From: Spirochaetia bacterium
GTDB taxonomy: Bacteria > Spirochaetota > Spirochaetia > SZUA-6 > Bin103
Direction: 5' to 3'
Length of the DNA stretch: 64,000 nucleotides
Assembly: GCA_965203515.1 (NCBI GenBank)
Contig: OZ241907.1
Location: forward strand, 1,568,001 to 1,632,000
Position numbers and translations under genes: made by a program. Of this stretch, positions 1-9,647 are shown piece by piece. The notes below the pieces were generated by a model. The model searched no databases. It was not told where the DNA came from and saw nothing but the letters and a program-made list of their open reading frames with translations. How positions within the stretch are numbered: the first letter of the stretch is position 1; each line of letters opens with the position of its first letter.

Positions 1-40
1 CGAGTTGCTCCGCCCGCTCCGCTATCGCCCCCTTCGGCAT
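1..40 (-). CDS. Possible 5' end of a gene running off the left edge (MPKGAIAERAEQL...)
   Basis: ATG at 40 preceded by GGAG at SD distance; open to the window edge; too short to identify. Confidence 0.25.
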   Translation of the reverse strand, partial: MPKGAIAERAEQL

Positions 41-162
41 GCAGGTCTCCTGATCCCAGCGCAGCACGCCGATCACGTGCCGCATCAGGCAGATCTCCCG
101 ATCGAGCGTGCGGAGGCGCGCGAGCGGACCGGTCGCCGGCCGGACGCCGGCCGCGGACCGGT

Positions 163-849
163 TCAGGTGGCGGTCTCCACCCGCACGTAGCGGGCGTAGC
201 CGGCCGGCAGGGTGATCTCGTTCCCGGCGCCTTCCTTGCGGAATACGACTTCGGCATCGGAAACGCTCGACACGGTGATCCTGGTGCCCGGCTTCAGCCG
301 GTGCTGGTCGAGGCGGCGCATCAGATCGGCGTTCTCCTCGGCCTCTTCGGTGATCCGCAGGATCTCGGACCGGTCGCCGGCGCGGGCGCCGGTCAGCCGC
401 GGCGCGTCGAGCAGGCGGCGCTCGTCCGGGGAGCCGGGAAACGGATTGCCGTGCGGGCAGGTCGTCGGCCGCCCCAGCCGCTCGTACAGATGTTCCTCCA
501 GGCGCGGCGACAGCGAGTGCTCCAGCTTGTCGGCCTCTTCGTCCACGTCTACCCAGTCGTAGCCCAGTACGTCGACCAGGAGGCGCTCCAAGAGGTAGTG
601 GCGGCGGATGGTGTGCTCGGCCTGCACGGTGCCGCGCTGCGTGAGGCGCACGCCGTCTTCGGGATCGAGCACGACCAGCTGGTGCTGTTCCAGCCGCTTC
701 AGGGCCTGCGAGACCGCGGCGGCCGAAACCCCGACCCGCTCGGCGATGCGGGCGCCGACGACCGGCCGACGCTCGCGCACCAGCAGGTAGATCTGGATCA
801 GGTATTCGTTTGCCGTGGCCGACGAAGGGCGATGGACGCGCTGTGCCAT
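163..849 (-). CDS. DtxR/MntR family metal-dependent transcriptional repressor
   Basis: N-terminal HTH (EYLIQIY...VSAAAVSQALKRL), RRHYLLERLL, EADKLEH, PTTCPHGNPFP, C-terminal FeoA-like domain. Confidence 0.93.
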   Translation of the reverse strand: MAQRVHRPSSATANEYLIQIYLLVRERRPVVGARIAERVGVSAAAVSQALKRLEQHQLVVLDPEDGVRLTQRGTVQAEHTIRRHYLLERLLVDVLGYDWVDVDEEADKLEHSLSPRLEEHLYERLGRPTTCPHGNPFPGSPDERRLLDAPRLTGARAGDRSEILRITEEAEENADLMRRLDQHRLKPGTRITVSSVSDAEVVFRKEGAGNEITLPAGYARYVRVETAT

Positions 850-997
850 GATGTCAGGTCGAACGATTGAGTTTAGTGCCGGACCGGCGCTCCGTCCACC
901 GGCCGCGGACGGGACCGGTCAGCCCAGGCGGTCGAGCAGGTTGCGCGTGATGCGGTCGACCGTCGGATCGCCGCAGTGACCGCCCGCCCGGCGGCGG

Positions 998-1771
998 TCA
1001 CGTCATCGACGTCATCGAGGCGCGCAGCTGCTTGGCGGCCGGAGCCAGCAGGTGCCAGTCGCCGCCGGCGCAGATCCAGGAGACGCCGGCGTCGATCCAG
1101 TGCCGGAGGACGTCCGGGTCGGCGCCGACCGATTGTCCCATCGGCACCCCGCGCGCCCGCGCGGCGTCGAGCATCCGCTGCATGGCGGCGACCACGTCGG
1201 GATGGCCGGGCTGGCCCAACCGCCCCATCGTGCCGGACAGGTCCATGGGGCCGGGCACGATGCTGTCGACGCCGGGGATGTCGAGGATCTCGTCGATCCG
1301 GTTCACCGCGTCGATGTGCTCGATCTGCAGGATGACCAGCATCTCGGCGTCGACCTCGGCCAGGTACTCGCCGGTATCGCGCGCCCCGAACCGCACGCCC
1401 CGGGCCGGGCCGAAGCCGCGCACGCCGCGCGGCGGATAGCGGCAGCCCCGCACCGCCTGCTCGGCTTCCTCGACGCTGCCGATGCGCGGCACGATGACGG
1501 CGGCCGGGTGGATCTCGAGCAACGGCTTCATCGCCGCCGGGTCCATGGACGGCACCCGCACGAACGGGGCCAACCCCACGCCGCGGCAGGTGCGCACGTG
1601 GTTGAGCGCGTGCTCCGGGGTCATCGCCGAGTGCTCCATGTCGATCCAGACGATGTCGAAGCCGGCCTCGCCCATGATCTCGATCACGGTCGAATCGGTG
1701 AGGGAGACGTTGGTGCCGATGCAGACCTCGCCCCGGCTCCACTTGTCGCGAATCTTATCCAGATGGTTCAC
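998..1771 (-). CDS. HpcH/HpaI aldolase family protein
   Basis: GFDIVWIDMEHS, YPPRGVRGFG, QIEH, GPMDLS motifs; GTG start chosen 7 nt after TATGCT. Confidence 0.9.
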   Translation of the reverse strand: MNHLDKIRDKWSRGEVCIGTNVSLTDSTVIEIMGEAGFDIVWIDMEHSAMTPEHALNHVRTCRGVGLAPFVRVPSMDPAAMKPLLEIHPAAVIVPRIGSVEEAEQAVRGCRYPPRGVRGFGPARGVRFGARDTGEYLAEVDAEMLVILQIEHIDAVNRIDEILDIPGVDSIVPGPMDLSGTMGRLGQPGHPDVVAAMQRMLDAARARGVPMGQSVGADPDVLRHWIDAGVSWICAGGDWHLLAPAAKQLRASMTSMT

Positions 1772-1836
1772 GGCGCCGAGCATACCGCCTTGGCGCTTGA
1801 TCGACACGCCCGCCGCTGCCACGCTACGCGCCGGCC

Positions 1837-2853
1837 GTGCAGGGCATCGCGAGCGGAGTCACCGGCGGAGCGGGGCGGGCGGCGCTGGCCGGCGCCGCGG
1901 CGCTGCTGGCGCTGGCGTGCGGCGGCCTCGACGACGGCCTGTACGCGCGGATCGTCACCGATGAGGGCCGCGTGCTGGTGCGCCTCCATCAGGAACGGGC
2001 GCCGCTGCCGGTCGCCGCGTTCGTGGGACTGGCCGAGGGCGCGCTCGCTCCCGGCCGCTTCTACGACGGCTCGATCGTGGAGATCGCCTCCGAGCAGCTC
2101 GTCATGGCCGGCGGCGCGCGCCCGCGCGGTCCGGGGCGTCCGGCCGGTCCCGACTGGGAGATCCCCGATCAGTTCCATCCGGAGCTGCGCCATGACCGGC
2201 CCGGCGTGGTCTCCCTGCTCACCGCGGGGCCGCACACCGGCAGCAGCCGCTTCGTGATCACCCGGCGGGCGGCTCCGGAGCTCGACGGGGTCTATCCGGT
2301 CTTCGGGGAGGTGGTGTCCGGCCAGGAGGCGTTGGCGAGGCTGCGCCGCGGCCAGGCGCTGAAGCGGGTCCGCATCGTGCGGGTGGGGCGCGAGGCGCGC
2401 CGCTACCGCGTCGACGGCGCGCGATTCGCCGCGCTGCGGTCGCAGGTCGCGGAGGAGTCGTTGCGCCGTCTCCTGCAGCGTGACGAGGAGGCGCGCGCGG
2501 TCTTCCGCCGGCGCTGGCCGGACGCGATCGCCACCGAGTCGGGACTGCTGTACGCGGCGCACCGGACCGGGGAGGGGCCGACCCCGGAGTTCGGGGCCAA
2601 GGTGCTCCTGCGCTACACGGGCCGCCTGCTCGACGGCACCCGGTTCGGCACCTCCGGTGCCGAGCCGCAGGAGTTCACGATCGGCGCGGTGGTGAAGGGC
2701 CTGGAGGAGATGCTGTTGGCGATGCGCCGCGGCGGCCGGCGCACCGTGCTGATCCCGCCCGACCTGGGCTACGGCGCGACCGGCGTGCCCGGCACGGTGC
2801 CGCCGCGCGCGCACCTGATCTTCGAGGTGGAGTTGGTCGACTACGCCAACTGA
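1837..2853 (+). CDS. Peptidyl-prolyl isomerase, cyclophilin + FKBP fusion, probable lipoprotein
   Basis: LLALAC lipobox; HDRPGVVS/GPHTGSSRFVIT/LDGVYPVFGEVV (degenerate cyclophilin); YTGRLLDGT...IPPDLGYG...LIFEVELV (FKBP). Confidence 0.88.
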   Translation: MQGIASGVTGGAGRAALAGAAALLALACGGLDDGLYARIVTDEGRVLVRLHQERAPLPVAAFVGLAEGALAPGRFYDGSIVEIASEQLVMAGGARPRGPGRPAGPDWEIPDQFHPELRHDRPGVVSLLTAGPHTGSSRFVITRRAAPELDGVYPVFGEVVSGQEALARLRRGQALKRVRIVRVGREARRYRVDGARFAALRSQVAEESLRRLLQRDEEARAVFRRRWPDAIATESGLLYAAHRTGEGPTPEFGAKVLLRYTGRLLDGTRFGTSGAEPQEFTIGAVVKGLEEMLLAMRRGGRRTVLIPPDLGYGATGVPGTVPPRAHLIFEVELVDYAN

Positions 2854-2891
2854 CGGCGATCCGGCCGATCGGGCGCGGCGGGCGCCCGGGA

Positions 2892-4163
2892 CTACGGCAC
2901 GCGGGCGCGGTAGAGCCGGCCGGCGCCGCGCGCTTCATACGCCGGGACCGCCGCGGGGACGAACGCGGCGTCGCCGCGCCGCAAGGCGAGCGTCCCCCCC
3001 GGCCAGCGGAGGCGGGCGCCGTCGCCGAGCAGCAACAGGATCTCCGGCCCCCGCCGCGGCGCGAAGGCGCCGCCGGCCTGCAGGTCGATGACCGAAAGCT
3101 GAAACTCCTCGGCCGGCGTGGGATAGACCTGCTCGGCCGGCCCGGCCGGCCGCGGCGGCACGCGGGCGGGCGGCGCCGGCCGCAGGTCGGCGGCGGCGAG
3201 CAGCTCGTCGACATCGACGTGCTTGGTGGTGAGTCCGGCGCGCAGCACGTTGTCCGAGTTGGCCATCAGCTCGACGCCGGCCCCGCTGACGTAGGCGTGG
3301 AGTTGCCCGGGCGGGGTGAACAACGCCTCTCCCGGCCGGAGCGCGACGCGGTTGAGCAGCAGCGCGGCGATCACCGCCGGATCGTCGGGATACCGCTCCG
3401 CCAGCCGCGCCAGCAGCGCGCCGGCGGCGGAGCCGGGGGCGGCACTGCCGGGGGCGGCGGTGCCGGGGGCGGCACTGCCGGGGGCGGCGGTGCCGGGGGC
3501 GGCACTGCCGGGCGCCGTGCCGGCGACCAGCCGGCGGTGCAGGCGCGCCCCGGCCGCGCGGTCGAGCGTCAGGACGGCGCGCAGCACCCGGCCGACCGCG
3601 GCGGCGGCGTCCCGGCCGGCGGCCGTTGCGGCCAGCTCGGCAACGCCGGCCGCGGCCAGCGCGGCCTCGATCTCCGGCAGCGGCCGGATGCCGGCCAGGA
3701 CCTCCATCGGTTCCAGCGCCAGCATGAGCTCCGGTTTGTGTCCGCGGTCGCGATAGGACCGGTGCGGCGAGTCGATCGGCACGCCGGTCCGTTCCTCCTC
3801 GTCGAACCCGCGCGCGGCGCGGGCGCGCGTGGGGTGGACCTGCACCGACACCGGCCGGCCGAGCGCCAGCAGCTTGAAGAGAAACGGCAGCGCCGCTCCC
3901 TGCCCGGCCGCCCTCTGCCCGGCTGCCGCGCAACGGCCGAGCGTTTCGATCGGCCGGTCGGCGACCAGCCGGTCCAGCGTCACCCGTCCGGAACCGGAAT
4001 CGGGACCGACCTGCGCCACGGACGGCGCGACCGGGTGCGCCCCCATCCACAACTCCGCTTCGGGCCGGCCGCTCGCGGGACGTCCTGTCAGGCGGCCGAG
4101 CGCCGTACGCGACCCCCAGTCGTAGTGCCGTACCGGACATTCCAGCGGGAGGATGCCGAGCAT
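2892..4163 (-). CDS. manA: Mannose-6-phosphate isomerase, class I
   Basis: YDWGS, AELWMGAHP, LPFLFKLL, SVQVHP, HKPEL, HAYVSG, ELMANSDNVLRAGLT. Confidence 0.95.
   Translation of the reverse strand: MLGILPLECPVRHYDWGSRTALGRLTGRPASGRPEAELWMGAHPVAPSVAQVGPDSGSGRVTLDRLVADRPIETLGRCAAAGQRAAGQGAALPFLFKLLALGRPVSVQVHPTRARAARGFDEEERTGVPIDSPHRSYRDRGHKPELMLALEPMEVLAGIRPLPEIEAALAAAGVAELAATAAGRDAAAAVGRVLRAVLTLDRAAGARLHRRLVAGTAPGSAAPGTAAPGSAAPGTAAPGSAAPGSAAGALLARLAERYPDDPAVIAALLLNRVALRPGEALFTPPGQLHAYVSGAGVELMANSDNVLRAGLTTKHVDVDELLAAADLRPAPPARVPPRPAGPAEQVYPTPAEEFQLSVIDLQAGGAFAPRRGPEILLLLGDGARLRWPGGTLALRRGDAAFVPAAVPAYEARGAGRLYRARVP
3432..3512. repeat. 15-bp in-frame tandem repeat in manA encoding APG(S/T)A about 6 times
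   Basis: gccgggggcggc(act/ggt) repeated; protein APGSAAPGTAAPGSAAPGTAAPGSAAPGSA. Confidence 0.9.
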
Positions 4164-4249
4164 GAGCGAGTTTAGGCCGCGCCGCACGCCGTGACCACCG
4201 ATGCCTGCCTTGCCGCGGTCCGGCTATTGCTCCACCCTCACCTCGCCGC

Positions 4250-6583
4250 ATGGACAGCGACCGCGCGCACGCGATCGACCGGGCCGTGATCGACGCCCTG
4301 TCGGCCCGATCGGCACCGCCGGTCGACACCCCGGCCGCCGGCGGCCGGCCGGGCGCGCCGGACGACGACGAACCGGTCGACAAGCGCTCCGGCCTGCGAC
4401 GGGCCGACTATCTCGATATCCTGGAGTCGCAGTACCAGACGCGGCACGTCGACCTGGAAGCGCGCCGGCTCCGCGCGCGCGGCACCGGCTTCTATACGAT
4501 CGGCAGCACCGGCCACGAGGGCAACGCCGCGCTGGCGGCCGCCCTCCGTCCGACCGATCCCGCCTTCCTGCACTACCGCTCCGGCGGCTTCTTCGCGCAG
4601 CGCTCCAAGCAGGCCGACGGCAGCACCCCGGTGTTCGACGTGCTGCTCTCGCTCTGCGCCAGCTCCGACGATCCGATCGCCGGCGGCCGGCACAAAGTGT
4701 TCGGCAGTACGGCGCTGTGGATGCCGCCGCAGACCAGCACGATAGCCTCGCACCTGCCCAAGGCGATGGGCACCGCCTTCGCGATGGAGCGGGCCAAGCG
4801 GCTCGGACAATCCCTGCCGTTTCCCGACGACTCGATCGTCATCTGCACGTTCGGCGACGGCACGGTCAACCACGCGTCCGCGCTAGCCGGCATGAACGCC
4901 AGCGCGTGGGCCGCCTTTCAGAACCTGCCGATGCCGATCCTGTTCGTCTGCGAGGACAACGGCTTCGGCATCTCGGTGCAGACGCCGCCCGGCTGGGTCG
5001 AGCGGGTGTGGCATTCCTTCCCGCGCCTCAGCTACCTGAAGGCGGACGGCTGCGACATCATCGACACCTACCGCCAGGCGCGCGCCGCCGCCGAGCTGTG
5101 CCGGCGCCGGCGCGCGCCGGTCTTCCTGCACCTGGAGCTGGTCCGCCTGCTCGGCCACGCGGGCGCGGACATGGAGCTGACCTATCGTTCGCGCGAGCAG
5201 ATCCGCGCGGCGGAGGCGCGCGATCCGGTGCTGGTCAACAGCCTGCGCGCCGTGGAGCTGGGTCTGGCGCCGGCGCGGTCGCTGCTCCGATCGTACCTCG
5301 ATATCCGCGACCGGGTACGGGCGGCGGCGCGGGAAGCCGAGCGGCGGCCGCATCTGTCGAGCGCCGCCGAGATCGCCGGCGCCATCGCCGGTCACCGGCC
5401 GCGGCGCGTGCTGCGGGAGGCCGCGCGGGCCGGCCGCGCGGCGGCGCGCATCGCCCTGTTCGGGGCGGAACGGCTGCTGCCGGAGCGGCAGGGACCGCAG
5501 CACCTGGCGCGCCTCCTCAACTGGGGGTTGCTCGACCTGCTGGCCAAGTACCCGCAGATGATCCTGTTCGGCGAGGACGTAGGCCGCCGCGGCGGCGTCT
5601 ACGGCCTCACCACCCGGCTGACCGAGCGGGTCGGCTCGGCGCGCGTGTTCAACACGCTGCTCGACGAGCAGTCGATCCTGGGGCTCGCCATGGGCGCCGC
5701 CCACGTCGGCCTGCTGCCGGTGCCGGAGATCCAGTACCTGGCCTACTACCAGAACGCCCAGGACCAGATACGGAGCGAGGCGGCGACGCTTTCGTTCTTT
5801 TCGCAGGGCGGTTTCCGCAACCCGCTGGTGGTCAGGATCGCGAGCTGGGGGTACCAGCAGGGATTCGGCGGCCACTTCCACAACGACAACAGCGTCGCGG
5901 TGCTGCGCGATCTGCCGGGCGTGGTCATCGCCAGCCCGTCACGCGGCGACGACGCCGTGGGGATGCTGCGCACGGCCCTGGCGGCGGCGGTCACCGACGG
6001 CCGCGTGGTGCTGTTCCTGGAACCGATCGCGCTGTACCAGACCCGCCACCTGCACGCGGAGGGCGACGATCTCTGGCGGTTCCCGTATCCACCGCCGGGC
6101 GATGCGGTCGAGATCGGCCGCGCGCGCGTCTACCCGGCCGACGACCCGGAGCTGACCATCGTCAGCTGGAGCAACGGCCTGTGGCGGTCGCTGCAGGCGG
6201 CGCGCGCCCTGCGCGAACGGCACGGCATCGCCGCCGAGGTGATCGACCTGCGCTGGCTGGCTCCGCTCGACCTGGAGACGGTCGTGGGCCGCGGGACGCG
6301 AAGCGGCCGTATCCTGATCGTCGACGAGGGCCGCGCCACCGGCGGCGTGAGCGAAGGGCTGGTGGCCGGCATCGTCGACGCGACCGCCGACCGGCCGCAC
6401 CGGCCGGCGATCCGGCGCTATTGCGCGGCCGATTCGTTCATCCCCCTGGGGCCGGCCGCCGAGCACGTCCTGCCGTCGACCCAGGGCATCGTCGATCGGG
6501 CGGCGGACCTGGTCCGCCGCACCCGCGGCCGGCCGCCGGCATCGTCGGGGATGGGCGCTCCGGCGGCGACGGCGGCGTCGTGA
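4250..6583 (+). CDS. Fused E1 alpha/beta TPP-dependent 2-oxoacid dehydrogenase (2-oxoisovalerate dehydrogenase-like)
   Basis: GDG...CEDN TPP motif; FGEDVG..GGVYG, RVFNTLLDEQ, EIQYLAY, GGHFHN, EVIDLRWLAPLD. Confidence 0.9.
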   Translation: MDSDRAHAIDRAVIDALSARSAPPVDTPAAGGRPGAPDDDEPVDKRSGLRRADYLDILESQYQTRHVDLEARRLRARGTGFYTIGSTGHEGNAALAAALRPTDPAFLHYRSGGFFAQRSKQADGSTPVFDVLLSLCASSDDPIAGGRHKVFGSTALWMPPQTSTIASHLPKAMGTAFAMERAKRLGQSLPFPDDSIVICTFGDGTVNHASALAGMNASAWAAFQNLPMPILFVCEDNGFGISVQTPPGWVERVWHSFPRLSYLKADGCDIIDTYRQARAAAELCRRRRAPVFLHLELVRLLGHAGADMELTYRSREQIRAAEARDPVLVNSLRAVELGLAPARSLLRSYLDIRDRVRAAAREAERRPHLSSAAEIAGAIAGHRPRRVLREAARAGRAAARIALFGAERLLPERQGPQHLARLLNWGLLDLLAKYPQMILFGEDVGRRGGVYGLTTRLTERVGSARVFNTLLDEQSILGLAMGAAHVGLLPVPEIQYLAYYQNAQDQIRSEAATLSFFSQGGFRNPLVVRIASWGYQQGFGGHFHNDNSVAVLRDLPGVVIASPSRGDDAVGMLRTALAAAVTDGRVVLFLEPIALYQTRHLHAEGDDLWRFPYPPPGDAVEIGRARVYPADDPELTIVSWSNGLWRSLQAARALRERHGIAAEVIDLRWLAPLDLETVVGRGTRSGRILIVDEGRATGGVSEGLVAGIVDATADRPHRPAIRRYCAADSFIPLGPAAEHVLPSTQGIVDRAADLVRRTRGRPPASSGMGAPAATAAS

Positions 6584-7653
6584 GCCGCCGCGTCGTGGTG
6601 GTCTGCCCCGGCCGCGGCAGCTACGGCGCCGCGGACCTCGGCTCGCTGGCGCGCGTGGTGCCGGCCGCCTCGCGGCATGCGTTCCGGTCGGTCCTGGAGG
6701 CGACCGACGCGCGCCGGGCCGCGGCCGGCGACCCGCCGCTGTCAGCGCTCGACGGCGCCGAGCGGATGACCGCCGCGCACAGCGCCGGCGAGCACGTATC
6801 GCCGTTGATCCTGGCATGCACCGCCGCCGACTTCCTGCGCGTCGACCGCCAGCGCTGCCAGGTGGTGGCGGTGACCGGCAACAGCCTGGGCTGGTACTCG
6901 GCGCTGTTCTGCGCGGGCGCGCTGTCGCTCGCCGACGCGATGCGGCTGGTGGAGACGATGAGCGGCCTGGGCCGCAACGGCCCGGGCCGCGGCCTGGGCG
7001 GCGGCCAGCTCGTCTATCCGGTCACCGACGAGCGGTGGCTGCCCGATGACGGCCTGGCCGAGCGGGTGGAAGCCGCGCTGAGCGCCGCGCGCGCGGCCGG
7101 GCATCGGGTCGGCGATTCGATCCGCTACGGCGGCTTCCGCGTGCTGTGGGGGGACGACGCCGGCATCCGCGAGCTGCGCGCGCGGCTGCCGCGGCGCGAG
7201 TTCGGGGAGCGCGTCTACCCGCTAAGCCTGCACGGCCACGCGGCGTTCCATTCGCCGCTGCTGGCCGACTACGCGCGGCGGGCGGTCGAAGCCCTGGCCG
7301 GCGCGGTCGACTGGCGGACGCCCGAGGCGCCGCTGATCGACGGGCGCGGCCGGCAGTGGTCACCGCTCGCCGCCGACACCGCCGCGCTGGCGGAGTACAC
7401 GCTGCGCACGCAGGTGACGACCACCTTCGACTTCACCGCCTCCGTACGAGTCGCGCTCAGGGAGTTTGCGCCCGACCTGCTGGTCTGCCTGGGGCCCGGC
7501 GACGCGCTCGGCGCCCCGGTCGCGCAGGTCATCATCCGGGAACGCTGGCAGGGCATCGACGACCGCGCCGCGTTCCTCCGCCGTCAGCGGGACGACCCGC
7601 TGATCGTATCGTTCGCCCGCCCCGAGCAGCGCCGCCTAGTCGTGGAGACGTAG
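6580..7653 (+). CDS. FabD-like acyltransferase (ACP S-malonyltransferase family)
   Basis: GTGA overlap with E1 stop; VVCPGRGSY, GNSLGWY (GxSxG), HAAFHSPL; the 4201 start in the ORF track is a shadow extension. Confidence 0.8.
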   Translation: MSRRVVVVCPGRGSYGAADLGSLARVVPAASRHAFRSVLEATDARRAAAGDPPLSALDGAERMTAAHSAGEHVSPLILACTAADFLRVDRQRCQVVAVTGNSLGWYSALFCAGALSLADAMRLVETMSGLGRNGPGRGLGGGQLVYPVTDERWLPDDGLAERVEAALSAARAAGHRVGDSIRYGGFRVLWGDDAGIRELRARLPRREFGERVYPLSLHGHAAFHSPLLADYARRAVEALAGAVDWRTPEAPLIDGRGRQWSPLAADTAALAEYTLRTQVTTTFDFTASVRVALREFAPDLLVCLGPGDALGAPVAQVIIRERWQGIDDRAAFLRRQRDDPLIVSFARPEQRRLVVET

Positions 7654-7664
7654 CCGCGCCGCAG

Positions 7665-8753
7665 TCAGGCGCGCGGTCGATACGGAAGCACGGACATGCC
7701 GGTGTATGCCTTCGCCACCGTTCGAGCGCCCCGTTCGACCACGACCTTGAAGTAGCTGATGCCCTGGCGGACGATCTGCATCCTGCCTTCTCCAAGCATC
7801 TGTTCGACGCCCGGCCAGCGCCGCAGCCCGTCGGCTTTGGCGGGCACGCACCAGCCTTGCTCCGCGACCCGGTCGATGAAGGGATACCATCCCCTGGCAT
7901 CGGCGTCGAACCACCGCACGGGGCGGTACAGCTCCAGGCCGAGGCGCGGCCCAATCCCCTGCGCGGTGACTTCCAGGCCGACGGCGACGTAGGCGATCAG
8001 GTCGTCCATGGCGGTCAGCACGGCCGCCGCGGCGGCGGTCGATCCGGGCCACTCCAACCGTTCCAGCAGGGCGGGGACTTCCTCTTGCGCGAGGCCCCAG
8101 AGGAGAATGCGGAACCCCTTGGGGGAGCGCGCCGGGTGGGCTCCCGCCTGGAACACGAACGCCGTCTCCGGCAGCGCTGCGACGATGCGGTCGACCGTCG
8201 GCACCAGCTCCCGGTGGCCGCTCCAGCCTGCGGCAAGGGCCAGCGCCTCGAGCAGCGCGGCGGAGTCCCGATGCTCGTTGATGCCGTCCCGGGAGCCGGG
8301 GGCGGAGCCGCTCGGTGAAAAGAAGAGACCCGGCGGCGGCACCGGCCGATGCGGCGCCAGTCCCGCCGTATCGTACTCCAGCATCATGCCGCGCACGCCC
8401 CGGGCAAGGTAGGAGTTCGGATCCGCCGTCTGCCGCTCCAGTCCGATTGCAAGAGCCGCGGCCGGCGACCCGCGTTCGGCGCGTTTCCCCGCGCTGACGT
8501 AGTGCCGCGCCAAGTCCGATCCCGGTATCGCGAGCACGACGAGGTCGGCGTCCGCGTTCGGCTCCGCGAGATGGAACTCGAAGCCGAAGTGGGTGTCGGC
8601 AACGGCGCGCGGCAGCAGCTTCGCCGCGCGCATCACCCGCTCCCAGCCCGCGGCGTCGAGCAGCGCGGGCGGGAACAGGGAACGGCATCGCTCGAGGATC
8701 GACGCAAAGGAGCCGCGCGCAACGCCGGTCGAGCGGTCGTCTCCGGCGCTCAT
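7665..8753 (-). CDS. Hypothetical protein, candidate RiPP maturase
   Basis: Clean 362-aa ORF with GAGGA SD, 35 nt downstream of NHLP precursor on the same strand; motifs FGFEFHL, MLEYD, PRLGLEL, SYFKVV, AKAY. Confidence 0.75.
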   Translation of the reverse strand: MSAGDDRSTGVARGSFASILERCRSLFPPALLDAAGWERVMRAAKLLPRAVADTHFGFEFHLAEPNADADLVVLAIPGSDLARHYVSAGKRAERGSPAAALAIGLERQTADPNSYLARGVRGMMLEYDTAGLAPHRPVPPPGLFFSPSGSAPGSRDGINEHRDSAALLEALALAAGWSGHRELVPTVDRIVAALPETAFVFQAGAHPARSPKGFRILLWGLAQEEVPALLERLEWPGSTAAAAAVLTAMDDLIAYVAVGLEVTAQGIGPRLGLELYRPVRWFDADARGWYPFIDRVAEQGWCVPAKADGLRRWPGVEQMLGEGRMQIVRQGISYFKVVVERGARTVAKAYTGMSVLPYRPRA

Positions 8754-8788
8754 TGCGATCCTCGAGTTACGTATGCGCCGATCGCAGC

Positions 8789-9064
8789 CTAGCGCCAGCC
8801 CACTTCATCCCAGGACCAGCCGCCGGCGACCTGCACCAGATCGGCTTCCCCGAGCTGGGCGGGGGGCGGCAGGACCAGATGACTGGTATCGGCCGTGTCC
8901 TCGTGCACCTCGACGTTGAACCCGGCGGGCACGGTCACACCGGTTTCCGCCTCGATCGCGGTCTTGGGGTCCGCCATCAATTGGCTGCGAAACTCGCTGT
9001 CCGCGGTCGCCTTTTCGATCAGTTGCTTGCGCAGAGCACTGACGGTCATCGTCTCGTCGGCCAT
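8789..9064 (-). CDS. NHLP-leader RiPP precursor 1; core WSWDEVGWR
   Basis: AAGGAG SD; leader LIEKATADSEFRSQLMADPK...VEVHED...HLVLP...LGEADLVQVAGG (nitrile hydratase-like leader with double glycine). Confidence 0.92.
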   Translation of the reverse strand: MADETMTVSALRKQLIEKATADSEFRSQLMADPKTAIEAETGVTVPAGFNVEVHEDTADTSHLVLPPPAQLGEADLVQVAGGWSWDEVGWR

Positions 9065-9187
9065 ATTCCTCTCCTTCGGCAGCTCGCGCAGCATCGTCGA
9101 TGCAATGTCTGCGCGGGGCTGCTCGCTAATGTCGGATCAGATACTCCGTTACCGCCGGCCAAGTGTCAACACTTGCACCGCGGAAAC

Positions 9188-9211
9188 TGAGTTATCAGGT
9201 ATTTCCGTGGG
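9188..9211. promoter_or_regulatory. 24-bp element identical upstream of both precursors (copy 1)
   Basis: tgagttatcaggtatttccgtggg, also at 9648-9671, while flanks diverge. Confidence 0.55.
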
Positions 9212-9215
9212 TCGG

Positions 9216-9527
9216 CTACGAGTTCCTCACCTCGTCGTAGGTCCTGCCCTCTTGCCATTGCCCCACGCCGGACCAGTCGATGCCGCCGGCGGCCTGCGCC
9301 AGATCGGCTTCCCCGAGCTGGGCGGGGGGCGGCAGGACCAGATGACTGGTATCGGCCGTGTCCTCGTGCACCTCGACGTTGAACTCGGAGGGCACGGTCA
9401 CGCCGGTTTCCGCCTCGATCGCGGCCTTGGGGTCCGCCATCAATCGGCTGCGAAACTCGCCGTCCGCGATCGCCTTTTCGATCAGCTGCTGACGCAGAGC
9501 GCTGACGGTCATCGTATTCTCGGCCAT
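9216..9527 (-). CDS. NHLP-leader RiPP precursor 2; core IDWSGVGQWQEGRTYDEVRNS
   Basis: Near-identical leader ending LGEADLAQAAGG; AAGGAG SD. Confidence 0.92.
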   Translation of the reverse strand: MAENTMTVSALRQQLIEKAIADGEFRSRLMADPKAAIEAETGVTVPSEFNVEVHEDTADTSHLVLPPPAQLGEADLAQAAGGIDWSGVGQWQEGRTYDEVRNS

Positions 9528-9647
9528 TTCCTCTCCTTCCGGCAGCTCGCGCAGCATCGACGGCAATGTCCGCGCGCGCTACTCAATTTTTGTCAGATCA
9601 GATATAGGATACCGTCGGCCAAGCGTCGAGCCCGTGCACGGAGAAAA

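Noticed and set aside
850..997. DtxR/MntR operator upstream of the regulator
   Set aside because: No convincing TTAGG-type palindrome; only a TAAACT -10-like hexamer
4201..6579. Long N-terminal extensions of track ORFs (4201, also 13484, 32941, 38598-40934, 48034)
   Set aside because: Arg/Pro/Gly-rich off-frame or antisense readthrough overlapping real genes; better starts lie downstream
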